DNA of 64,000 nucleotides from an uncultured Chloroflexia bacterium (lineage in GTDB: Bacteria > Chloroflexota > Chloroflexia > Thermomicrobiales > JALYUS01): NCBI GenBank assembly GCA_963763655.1, contig CAVXPY010000050.1:25809-89808 (forward strand), in the 5' to 3' direction. Positions 9,383-18,352 of the stretch are shown piece by piece. How positions within the stretch are numbered: position 1 is the first letter of the stretch; each line of letters opens with the position of its first letter. Position numbers and translations under genes: made by a program. The notes under the pieces are model-generated. The model was not told the origin of the DNA. It did not search any database and saw nothing but the letters and a program-made list of their open reading frames with translations.

Positions 9383-10000
9383 GTGAAGGGTACGGCGATG
9401 CGGCGGCGGACGAAGGGGAGCGTAGGAACGGTGCAGCAGGCGGCGATCATTGAGCGCTCTGTGGCGGGGCAAATGCCCCCGTTCGATACCGTCTTTCAGC
9501 GGTATTACAGCCGCGTCTTCGCTATCCTGACGCGCATCGTCGGCCCTGATGACGCGGACGACATCGCGCAGGAGACATTCCTTCGCTTCCACGACCGCCC
9601 ACCGGTGCGACGCACGGACGATGAGGATGCGATTGGCGCGTGGCTTTATCGGGTGGCAACGAACCTCGGGTTCAATGCGATTCGCACGCGCAAGCGGCGC
9701 ACCGCCCGTGAGGAACGGGTCACCCGGGCAGAGTTACCACTCCAACGAACGCTCGATCCCGAGAGCGAGGCGGTGCGGCACGAGGAACGGCTCTTCGTGC
9801 AGGCGATCCTCATGGAGATGCCCGAGCGCGCACGTGCGGTCCTCACACTCCGGCAAGGGGGCTGCTCGTACACCGAGATTGCGGGAGCGGTCGGCATCGC
9901 GCCCGGCTCGGTTGGCACAACATTAGTCCGGGCGGAAGCGCTTTTTCGGCAACGGTACGAGGCGATGGATGCGGATCGTCGAAAGTCAGGGAGAGGATGA
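9383..10000 (+). CDS. ECF (RpoE-like) sigma-70 family factor
   Basis: Region 2 (DIAQETFLRFH..WLYRVATNLGFNAIRTRKRR) and region 4 HTH (LRQGGCSYTEIAGAVGIAPGSVGTTLVRA). Start uncertain: GTG 9383 or ATG 9398. Confidence 0.8.
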   Translation: MKGTAMRRRTKGSVGTVQQAAIIERSVAGQMPPFDTVFQRYYSRVFAILTRIVGPDDADDIAQETFLRFHDRPPVRRTDDEDAIGAWLYRVATNLGFNAIRTRKRRTAREERVTRAELPLQRTLDPESEAVRHEERLFVQAILMEMPERARAVLTLRQGGCSYTEIAGAVGIAPGSVGTTLVRAEALFRQRYEAMDADRRKSGRG

Positions 10001-11305
10001 ACGAACGAGCGGACGAGGTGAGGGAAACGATGGCGTCAGTGGATGATGGGACACTCCGCGCCTATCTCGATGGCGATCCCGTGCTGGATGACCGCGCGCG
10101 AGCGCCGGATCGAGGCCGCGCTCGTCGATCAGCCCACACTCGCGGCACGCCTCGCGACGATCAGCGCGGATGCGACTGCGGTGGATACGACTTTCTCCGC
10201 CTTCGCTGCCCCGGAACCGGACACCGCCCATCTCGAACGCGCCTATCGTCGTATCCAAACACGCCTGACCACCGAACGGCATACCGGTTTCATCACGAAC
10301 ATCAAGGAGAGATTGGCCGCAATGACTGAATACAATCACGCCGCACGCACCCGACGTTACGCCCTCGCTGGTGGCCTCGCTGCGGTCGCGCTCGCATTCC
10401 TGCTCGTTTTCGCGCCGGTGGGCAATGTGCTCAGCGCCGTCCTCGATACCTTCCGGTATCAGCCGACGCAGTTCGCCGTCATCACCGTGAAATCCAGCGA
10501 CTTCCCGCAGTTCCAGAGTGGCGCGACGGACGGCACGCATCCGGCAGGCACGAAGCCGACGGGAAGCAAGGCCGCAGGCGCGCCGACCGGGCCGGACCAA
10601 CAGAAAATGATGCAGGAGCTTGCGAAGTATGTGAGTGTCACCTCATCCATCGGGCAAGGCCAGTTGCCGGGCCGCGAAGTGAAGAGCGCGGCGGATGCGC
10701 AGACTGCGGTCGGTCGCCCGGTCTCCGCACCAACCTTCCTACCGCAAGGGGTCGCGAACACGCCGCACTACTACGTCTCCGATCACCAGACGGTGGATGC
10801 GACGCTGCATCTGAACGAGATCCGCCCGATTCTCACGCAGGCCGGGATGGCGAGCCTTATCCCTGCGGCAGGTGACACCGCAACCGTCCATGCCGATCTG
10901 TCCGCCGCCTCGATCGTCTCGTACGGGTTCGATCCGACTGCCCAGGGTGCCGCTGCACAGAACCAGAAGGGCGTCGCGGTGATCGCGATGGGTACGCCGA
11001 CGATTGAGGTGAACGGACTCGATGTCCCCGGTATCGTCAACGTCGTGACTGCGATGCCCGGCTTCCCCACAGAACTCGCCGCCCAACTGAAGAAGGCGGA
11101 CCTCCAACACACCTTGATTATCCCGGTCACCGACGATCAGGTCGTCAAGAACGGCACGATCAACGGTGCGCCGAGCACGACGATCAGCCAGAAAGACAAC
11201 AGTATGTCGGTCGTCCTCTGGATCACGAAGGACAACGTTCTGCACGCGGCGGTCGGCTCCTATGCGCCGGATGTCGTGGAGCAGGTAGCGAAGTCCGTCA
11301 AATAA
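9997..11305 (+). pseudogene. anti-sigma factor (single TM) with large extracytoplasmic domain; one apparent frameshift ~10095-10103
   Basis: ATG 9997 overlaps the sigma stop (ATGA). Frame 1 gives MASVDDGTLRAYLDGD. Frame 2 continues ERRIEAALVDQPTLAARLA..., a TM segment (YALAGGLAAVALAFLLVFAPV) and a 300-aa C-terminal domain. The shift lies in a CGCGCGCG run. Confidence 0.65.
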
Positions 11306-11435
11306 GCCTCCCTCCTTCCCCATCCCTTCCTCCTTGAAGACCGGACCCTGTTCCCACGGGGCCCGGTCTTCGTTTTTCACGTGGCAACCAGTCAGTGCCA
11401 ACCGGGCGCCACGATGCGTTATACTCGCGCCCGAA

Positions 11436-12830
11436 ATGCTCGATTCTCTTTGTTGGAGGAGTATCAATCTGTCAGGAACGACGCATCAGCCACCGATCAA
11501 TGGCATTTGGGTGATCGGCCATCGCAGCCCGGACACGGACTGCACCATCGCCGCGATCACCTACGCCACACTCAAACAATCGCAAGCGGAGCATGACACG
11601 CTCTTTATCCCGGCGGTGCTCGGGCCACTGAACCCGGAGACCCGCGCGGTGCTCGATCGCTTCGGGGAATTGCCGCCGCTTCTGCTCGCCGATGTCCTCC
11701 CGCGTGTCCGGGATGTGATGACCACCGCCATACAATCGGTCCCGGATGACGCGCCCTTCGATGCAGTCGCCCGCCTGATGCGCGATCACCATATCCGCAC
11801 CGTGCCGGTGATCGGCACGGATCATCAGCTTCGTGGCGTGGTGACGGTGGACGAGATCGCCGATCGCTATCTGCGGGAACTGCAACAGGGAGATCGTGCG
11901 TTGCCAAAGAATGTGCGCGAGGTCATGCGGGCAGATGTCGCCACCGTGAGCGCCGATGTGCTGATCGAGGAGGCGCAACGGCTCCTCATTGAAGCGAAGG
12001 GCCGCAGCCTCATCGTGGTGGATGACGATGACCGGGTCGTTGGCCTCGCCACGCGCACGGACTTTCTGCGCCGCCAGCGCCGCCGCATCGTCCTTGTCGA
12101 TCATAGCCAGCGGGCGCAGTCGGTCGAGGGATTGGAGACGGCGGAAGTCATCGAGATCGTCGATCATCACAACATCGGAGATGTGACGACGGGATCGCCG
12201 ATCTATTATCTCGCGGACCCCGTCGGTGCGACCGCGACGCTGATCGGGGAGATGTATCTCGATCCGACGCGCTGGCCCCACCTCCCCTATCCGGAGCGCG
12301 TCACCCTCGATGATACGACGGCCGGGCTGCTCCTCAGCGCGATCATCTCCGACACCCTCCTCCTGCGCTCCCCGACGACGACCGCGCGTGACCGGCGCGT
12401 CCTCGCCACCCTCGCGGAGCGGACGGGCATCGCGGTGGAGGCCCTGGCACAGGAGATGTTCACGGCCCGCTCGGACATCACCACCCGCACGGCGGCAGAC
12501 CTGATTGGCAACGACTACAAGCCCTACCAATTCAACGGCAAGTCAGTCGGTGTCGCGCAAGTGGACGTCCTCTCGCTCGACGCCGTGCGCGGCCGCTACG
12601 ACGACCTGCGCACCGAACTGACGGCGGCAAAAGCGCGGCAGGGGCTGGATGTCTATGTCCTGATGATGACGGACATCATCGGCGAAGCGACCGACCTGCT
12701 CTTCGATGTAGAAAGCCGCCCGATTGTCGAGCGCGCCTTCGGCGTCCAGGCATCCGGGGGCTACGCGCACCTCCCCGGCGTCGTCTCGCGCAAGAAACAG
12801 CTCATCCCACCCCTCGCTGCCGCACTGTAG
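11436..12830 (+). CDS. CBS-domain-containing family II (DHH/DHHA2) inorganic pyrophosphatase
   Basis: DHH motifs IWVIGHRSPDTDC, LVDHSQ and IVDHHNIG. A CBS pair is inserted between them (VMTTAIQSV..HHIRTVPVIG; VMRADVATV..SLIVVDDDDRVVG). DHHA2-like C-terminus present. Start uncertain. Confidence 0.8.
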   Translation: MLDSLCWRSINLSGTTHQPPINGIWVIGHRSPDTDCTIAAITYATLKQSQAEHDTLFIPAVLGPLNPETRAVLDRFGELPPLLLADVLPRVRDVMTTAIQSVPDDAPFDAVARLMRDHHIRTVPVIGTDHQLRGVVTVDEIADRYLRELQQGDRALPKNVREVMRADVATVSADVLIEEAQRLLIEAKGRSLIVVDDDDRVVGLATRTDFLRRQRRRIVLVDHSQRAQSVEGLETAEVIEIVDHHNIGDVTTGSPIYYLADPVGATATLIGEMYLDPTRWPHLPYPERVTLDDTTAGLLLSAIISDTLLLRSPTTTARDRRVLATLAERTGIAVEALAQEMFTARSDITTRTAADLIGNDYKPYQFNGKSVGVAQVDVLSLDAVRGRYDDLRTELTAAKARQGLDVYVLMMTDIIGEATDLLFDVESRPIVERAFGVQASGGYAHLPGVVSRKKQLIPPLAAAL

Positions 12831-12831
12831 C

Positions 12832-13695
12832 TCAGGTGAGGAACGATGCCGGCTCATTGAGGGCGGCGCGGAGGGCGGCCCAGAGCACGGCATACTGATC
12901 CCAGGGATTCTCCCCGCCGACGCGGATCGTCATTGGCCCCAGGCGCTCGATGCCCGCCGCACGCGCCGCGCGGTCACACTGCGGCATCGTCACGAAATCC
13001 ACTTCGAGCGTGAAGGGGCGTGCGGGTGTGTAGGGACGCACGCGGTCACGCGCAGCGAGGGCGCGGGCCGCTGCCTCGGTGATCTCCGGTCGCGTGGCGC
13101 CGGGCGGGCGGCAGAGGGCGGCATTCCGCCCCGTCGCCTCCTTCACCGCGACCGTCTCAATTGCCTCACCGAGGCAAGCGCGCGCCTCCACGACGGTGGT
13201 GCTATCGCCCGTGACCATGATGACTGGGATGCCCATTGCGCCGAGAACCGCAGCATTGAGGCCGGTTTCACCGTGCGGTTCGCCATTCAGCCGCAGTTCG
13301 GAGACGACCGCGCCCGCGATCGTATGCGGATGGATTGCTTTCGGCGTGCGGGCCATCGCGTGGTAGCCGATGAATACTGCCGCTTCGAAGGGTCGGCTAT
13401 CGGCCAGTTCGATCTGGCAATGCTCCTTCGCGTCGCCCGTCCCAGTGAGCAGGTGTGCCGCCGGGTGCATCTCCTCGAAGATCAGGTTGCGCATCGTGCC
13501 ATGCCCGTCATTGACGAGAATGTAGGTCGCGCCCGCCTGCACCAACCCCTCAATCGCCGCGTTCGCATCCCCGGTCATCAGCCGTTTGCCCCGCTCGTAC
13601 TCCCGCTCGCCCGGTCGCATCATGTCCATATGGACGACGCCCGTGATGCCCTCGATGTCCACCGATACATAGACGTTCACGATTTCCCCTTCCAT
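12832..13695 (-). CDS. peptidase M55 D-aminopeptidase (DppA type)
   Basis: MEGEIVNVYVSVDIEGITGVVHMDMM..LVNDGHGTMRNL matches the M55 family. The 372-aa ORF in the track extends upstream through a repeat; ATG 13695 is the plausible start. Confidence 0.8.
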   Translation of the reverse strand: MEGEIVNVYVSVDIEGITGVVHMDMMRPGEREYERGKRLMTGDANAAIEGLVQAGATYILVNDGHGTMRNLIFEEMHPAAHLLTGTGDAKEHCQIELADSRPFEAAVFIGYHAMARTPKAIHPHTIAGAVVSELRLNGEPHGETGLNAAVLGAMGIPVIMVTGDSTTVVEARACLGEAIETVAVKEATGRNAALCRPPGATRPEITEAAARALAARDRVRPYTPARPFTLEVDFVTMPQCDRAARAAGIERLGPMTIRVGGENPWDQYAVLWAALRAALNEPASFLT

Positions 13696-13726
13696 ACGCG
13701 CAAATAATCGAATGCGTGCCGATGTC

Positions 13727-13850
13727 GAAACCGGAGCGAACCGCAAAGGCGCAAAGAGCGCAAAGAACACGAAGAGGGAAAAGAGAAAACTGCATTTCTT
13801 CTTTGCGCTCTTTGGGTCCTTTGCGTCTTTGCGGTTCGCCCCGGTTTCCG
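13727..13850. repeat. long imperfect hairpin built from tandem 7-nt units (GCAAAGN)
   Basis: Left arm GAAACCGGAGCGAACCGCAAAGGCGCAAAGAGCGCAAAGAA. Right arm TTCTTTGCGCTCTTTGGGTCCTTTGCGTCTTTGCGGTTCGCCCCGGTTTC. Sits 9 nt below the stop of the minus-strand gene 13859..14725. Confidence 0.85.
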
Positions 13851-13858
13851 TCCGTCCC

Positions 13859-14725
13859 TCAGGTGCGCTCCCAGCGGTGGCCGGTCTCTGTCGCGACGAT
13901 CCGGCCCCACATGGGGAACCGCTCGTGGGTGAAGTTGACGGTCGCGCCACGCGGTACCGCCTCCGCGAGGAAACGCTCGCGCGAGGCGCGCATCACGGGC
14001 ACATCGACCCACGGCGAGGCCCAGTCAAGGTGCTCGATTTCCGATGCATGGTGAAAGAGATCGCCGAGCGCGTAGAACTGCGCGCCGCCGGACTCAACAC
14101 GGACAATCGCGTGCCCCTTCGTCTCACCGGGCGCGTGAATCATCGTCACGCCGGGCACGATCTCCTGCTCACCGTCCACGAGATCGAGCAGGCCACGCGC
14201 CTCGACCGCGCCGAGGCGCGTGCAGATATCCGCTGCGGGATTTTCGCGCCGGGGATTGCCTTCCCAGTCCGCGCGGCCGATCAGATGGCGGGCGTTCGGG
14301 AAGCGCAGTTCGTTGCGCCCGCCACGCTCCGCGACGACCCCGGCGAAGTGGTCGTCGTGCGCGTGGGTGATGAGGACATGCGTGATCTCTTCAGGGCGCA
14401 CACCGATGCTCGCCAGCCCCGCGTCCAGGCCCGGTGTCCGTGTGATGCCCGGCCACTTGGTAGCGAAAGCGCGCTCCCACTCGGTGCCGGGATCGTCGTA
14501 GGCCGGGTCGATGAGGATCGAGGCATCGCCGATCCGCACATGGATGACTGCCTGATCACTCAGGAGCCGGTCCGCGCGGTCCGCCTCACCGTGTGCGCGG
14601 ATCCACTCCGCTTCCGGGCCGGGAAAGACCGAGGCGATCGGGATCGGCAATGACCCCTCATTAATCACCGTGACGATCGCGTCGCCAAAGCGGCGCGTGG
14701 AGACAAAGGATGCCGAATCAGCCAT
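13859..14725 (-). CDS. MBL-fold metallo-hydrolase (paralog of 1912..2805)
   Basis: 288-aa ORF with LITHAHDDHFAG. Colinear similarity to 1912..2805 throughout (e.g. RFPNARHLIGRAD and WGRIVA in both). Confidence 0.8.
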   Translation of the reverse strand: MADSASFVSTRRFGDAIVTVINEGSLPIPIASVFPGPEAEWIRAHGEADRADRLLSDQAVIHVRIGDASILIDPAYDDPGTEWERAFATKWPGITRTPGLDAGLASIGVRPEEITHVLITHAHDDHFAGVVAERGGRNELRFPNARHLIGRADWEGNPRRENPAADICTRLGAVEARGLLDLVDGEQEIVPGVTMIHAPGETKGHAIVRVESGGAQFYALGDLFHHASEIEHLDWASPWVDVPVMRASRERFLAEAVPRGATVNFTHERFPMWGRIVATETGHRWERT

Positions 14726-15167
14726 GCGGAACTCCCCTCCCTTGCAATGGACGACACGCGGTGCGCGGCGATCAGCGTACTACAATTGCCCCCGATGGCA
14801 ATTCCCTATCCTGCTTCCCCACTCGCTGATGGTTATGCACATGCGTACGTTCTCTCTTGCACACATGTGCTATACTTCAACCTAGACCAACAGGTATCTA
14901 TACAGGCACAACACGCAATGAGCAACAACGCGACCCGTAGTCTTTTGAGAGAGACCACTGTGCGCGTTTTTGTCGGAAGGCAGAAAGGGGGGCAGCCAGA
15001 AAGGGTGCGGCTTTCTCGTACCGGTGAGACGGTGCGGATGGGCAAGCCATCGGCACGCCTCCCGGCGCTACCCCCGCGCCTCTGCCACGAACACTGCATG
15101 CATCGTGCGTGACGGAGCGGCGTTTCTCGGTATGCATCCTTGGGTGAATGCACTACGGAGGGAATTC

Positions 15168-16781
15168 ATGGAAGTAACAGCAGAACACTCTGGCGGAAGG
15201 GAAATCCTCAGCCAGCGGAAAATCTTCGGAGTCATCGGTGCCTCATCGGTCGGCACGATGATCGAGTGGTATGATTTCTATATCTTCGGCAGCCTCGCAA
15301 CGATCATCGCCGCACACTTCTACCCCAAGGGGAACGACGCGGCGGCGCTGCTCTCGACGCTGGCGACATTCGGTGCCGGGTTCGCCGCCCGTCCGTTCGG
15401 CGCGCTCGTGTTTGGCCGGATCGGTGATCTGATCGGCCGGAAGTACGCGTTCCTAGTCACGCTCCTCGTGATGGGCGGCGCGACCTTCCTCGTCGGCTGC
15501 CTGCCGGACTATGGCAAAATCGGCTTCGTAGCGCCCCTCCTGCTCGTGCTACTCCGCATCATTCAGGGCCTCGCCCTCGGCGGCGAATACGGCGGCGCTG
15601 CGGTCTACGTTGCGGAACATGTACCGGACAACCGACGCGGCTTCTATACCTCCTTCATCCAGACGACCGCGACGCTCGGCCTCTTCATCTCACTGATTGT
15701 GGTCGTCATCTTCAGCGAGAGCATGTCGAAAACCACCTGGGAGAGCTGGGGCTGGCGCATCCCCTTCCTGATGTCGTCAATTCTCGTCATCATCTCTCTC
15801 ATCATTCGCCTGCGGCTCAAGGAATCCCCCCTCTTCGCGCAATTGAAGGAGGAGGGCAAGACCTCCAAACAACCGATCACCGATAGTTTCGGCACTAAGC
15901 AGAAGTGGCAGACGCTCCTGCTTATGCTCTGGGGCGCTACCGCCGGGCAGGCAGTCGTCTGGTACACTGGGCAGTTCTACGCCTTCAGCTGGCTGCAGAA
16001 ATGGGATGGTAAGACTCAGAATCTCTCGCTCGTCCAAGCAAGCTGGGTCATCGCTATCGGCCTGCTGCTTGGCACGCCATTCTTCATCGTCTTCGGCGCG
16101 CTCTCGGACCGGATCGGCCGCAAGCCGATCATCATGGCGGGCTGCCTCGCCGGTGCGCTGTTCACAATCCCGATCTTCCGGGTGATGTACGAGTTCACGC
16201 CGCTCAAGCAGAATTACCAACCAGTCGTGCTAGTCCTCTGCGTGTGGGTGCTTGTGATCTTCGTGACGATGGTCTACGGACCGATCGCGGCGTTCCTCGT
16301 GGAGGCGTTCCCGTCACGGGTACGCTATACCTCCGTCTCGCTGCCGTACCATATCGGCAACGGTTACTTCGGCGGCTTCCTGCCCTATACCGCCACGGTC
16401 ATCGTTACCCTGTGGCTCGGCCACAAGACCCATGTGGGTTGGGCTCCGTATATGGGCCTCCTCTTCCCGGTGACGGTAGCGCTCATCACCTTTGTCGTTG
16501 GCTCACTCTTTCTGCGCGAGACGAGGCATAACGTCCTCGAGCAGACCGAGGCCTCCCAGCGCGGCTTCTCGCCGGTGATTTTCGGTATCCTGGTCGCGCT
16601 CTCCGCGATCGCCCTGATCCTCGCCGATCAGGCACTGACGCCCAAACTGAGCGCGCAGTATAACCTGCAGTGGCCCGCCCGCATCTTCGCCCTGCTTATT
16701 GCCGCGTGCATTGGCGGCTTCGCGCTCTACCGGCGAAGCCGGAGGGAACAGGGGGACGTGCGGCTGCAAGCCGGGGACTAG
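15168..16781 (+). CDS. MFS transporter, metabolite:H+ symporter (MHS) family
   Basis: ATG 15168 follows GGAGGGA. N-terminus GASSVGTMIEWYDFYIFGSLATIIAAHFYP and GRIGDLIGRKY are MHS signatures; about 12 TM. The upstream part of ORF 14970.. is non-hydrophobic and unlikely to be coding. Confidence 0.8.
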   Translation: MEVTAEHSGGREILSQRKIFGVIGASSVGTMIEWYDFYIFGSLATIIAAHFYPKGNDAAALLSTLATFGAGFAARPFGALVFGRIGDLIGRKYAFLVTLLVMGGATFLVGCLPDYGKIGFVAPLLLVLLRIIQGLALGGEYGGAAVYVAEHVPDNRRGFYTSFIQTTATLGLFISLIVVVIFSESMSKTTWESWGWRIPFLMSSILVIISLIIRLRLKESPLFAQLKEEGKTSKQPITDSFGTKQKWQTLLLMLWGATAGQAVVWYTGQFYAFSWLQKWDGKTQNLSLVQASWVIAIGLLLGTPFFIVFGALSDRIGRKPIIMAGCLAGALFTIPIFRVMYEFTPLKQNYQPVVLVLCVWVLVIFVTMVYGPIAAFLVEAFPSRVRYTSVSLPYHIGNGYFGGFLPYTATVIVTLWLGHKTHVGWAPYMGLLFPVTVALITFVVGSLFLRETRHNVLEQTEASQRGFSPVIFGILVALSAIALILADQALTPKLSAQYNLQWPARIFALLIAACIGGFALYRRSRREQGDVRLQAGD

Positions 16782-16790
16782 ACGAACGTG

Positions 16791-16855
16791 CCCCCAGCCC
16801 CTCTCCGTTGCTTACAGGCTGATACATCGACAGATTACGACACCGATGGAGAGGG
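16791..16855. repeat. degenerate copy of the CCCCTCTCC..GGAGAGGG hairpin family
   Basis: CCCCCAGCCCCTCTCCGTTGC-loop-ACCGATGGAGAGGG, 10 nt after the MFS stop. Confidence 0.5.
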
Positions 16856-16876
16856 AAGCGCAGAAAGTATCTTGAT

Positions 16877-16912
16877 CCCCCTTCCGTACGGAAGGGGGAT
16901 TGTTTTTGTGTT
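16877..16912 (+). terminator. rho-independent terminator (CCCCCTTCC hairpin family)
   Basis: CCCCCTTCC-GTAC-GGAAGGGGG followed by ATTGTTTTTGTGTTT. Confidence 0.7.
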
Positions 16913-16937
16913 TGGGGCGAGGAGGAAAGAGGAAACG

Positions 16938-17791
16938 TTACGCGGTGAAGAAGGCGCGTAATGCGGCGTAGGTCTCGTCCGGCGCTTCTTCAGCGAGATA
17001 ATGGCCGCAATCAAGGGCGTAGCCTTGCACCTCCTCTGCCCAGTCGCGCCAGATCGCCAATACGTCATACCAGTTTTCCAGTTCGCCGCGACGGCTCCAG
17101 AGAGCGAGCGTCGGGCAGGCGATTTTCCGCACGCCGCGGTCCGCCTCATCGAGTCGGTAATCGAATGTTGCTCCTGCCCGGTAATCCTCGCACATCGCAT
17201 GGATCGTTTCCGGGTTGTGGACGCAGCGGAGATAGTCCGCCAGCGCCTCCGGGGCGAAAAGATCGCGTTGCCGCAGATAGTAGCCATCCGGGTTGGCACC
17301 AATCAAACGCTCGGGCAGATCGTACGGTTGGGCGAGGAAGAACCAGTGCCAGTAACCGAGCCCGAATGCCATGTCCGCACGCCGGAACGCCTCGCCCGTC
17401 GGGATAATGTCGAGTATCGCGAGCTTCGCGACACGCTCTGGATGATCGAGGGCCAGGCGATAGGCACAGCGCCCGCCCCGGTCATGACCGACCACGAAGA
17501 AACGCTCGAAACCGAGCTGCCGCATCACCGCGACCTGATCCCGCGCCATGGCGCGTTTCGAATAGGGCGCGTGATCTGCGGTCGTGGGCGGTTTACTACT
17601 CTCGCCGTACCCCGTGAGATCGGCGGCAACGACGGTGAACTCCGTTGCCAGGCGTGGCGCGATCTTGTGCCACATCATATGCGTTTGCGGGTGACCGTGA
17701 AGCAGGAGAAGCGGTGGGCCACTCCCCCATACCGCACGCGGATGACTACCTCGCCCGTGTCGATCATCGCCAGGGTGAACCCCTCGAACAT
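16938..17791 (-). pseudogene. alpha/beta hydrolase, haloacetate dehalogenase/epoxide hydrolase-like; one frameshift in a C5/G5 run (17724-17728)
   Basis: ATG 17791 gives MFEGFTLAMIDTGEVVIRVRYGG. The rest (SGPPLLLLHGHPQTHMMW..VVGHDRGGRCAYRLA..) is in the frame of ORF 16938..17816. Adding one G to TATGGGGGAGTGGCC restores YGGSGPP. Confidence 0.75.
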
Positions 17792-17997
17792 AGTGCCCGC
17801 TCCTCTTGTCGTTCACGTGCGCAGTGCCAACCCGTTAGGCGGCCAGTGCAACCGCCATGCGATAGAGGTGCGCATGATTCCTGCCAGATAGATTTACATC
17901 CCAATCTCCTCCGTACCCTGCAAACGCTGTAGTACGCACTACGTCGTATCCACCGATTTTTGCAGTTATCCCCATCGTTCTCTTTTCTTGTGACTCC

Positions 17998-18026
17998 TTG
18001 ACACGTACATATTGTACGTATATACT
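17998..18026 (+). promoter_or_regulatory. near-consensus sigma-70 promoter with embedded 7-3-7 palindrome
   Basis: TTGACA (17998-18003), a 17-nt spacer, then TATACT (18021-18026). The spacer holds ACGTACA-TAT-TGTACGT (18003-18019). A second TTGACA-17-TACGAT follows at 18036-18064. Lies ~330 nt upstream of nrdJ. Confidence 0.5.
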
Positions 18027-18352
18027 CTGTTGCTCTTGACAAGCGGGGTGCCTACGGCTACGATACCCCTACATCTTGTGGTGCCGAATGACAGACACCC
18101 CGATATATCCCCTCTCTTCCGTACAGTGAAGCGGGGCGAAGCGGGAACCACGCCTGTTCTAATTTTCGGCATCGTCGGTCATTTTGGAGCTTGGGGAGAC
18201 AGGTTGGCACCCAACCTGCGGTCCTCAACGGTTCGGGACGAAGGGAGTCATGGGAAGATGGCGTCGGTACCTACGAAGCGATTGAAGGCGACAGACATGA
18301 CCGGAAAGACAACCAACGGGAACGGCCATGGCCAGGTAAGCAGACGAAAGCG

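Noticed and set aside
13696-13950. Upstream extension of the M55 peptidase ORF (track start 13950)
   Set aside because: The extension is translated from the heptamer hairpin (..KDAKDPKSAKKKCSFLFSLFVFFALFAPLRF..) and overlaps the neighbouring MBL gene. The conserved family N-terminus begins at ATG 13695.
18027-18352. Cobalamin riboswitch upstream of nrdJ
   Set aside because: I found no B12-box-like sequence and no GGTG..AA..CC core motifs. It is retained only as an unexplained long leader.
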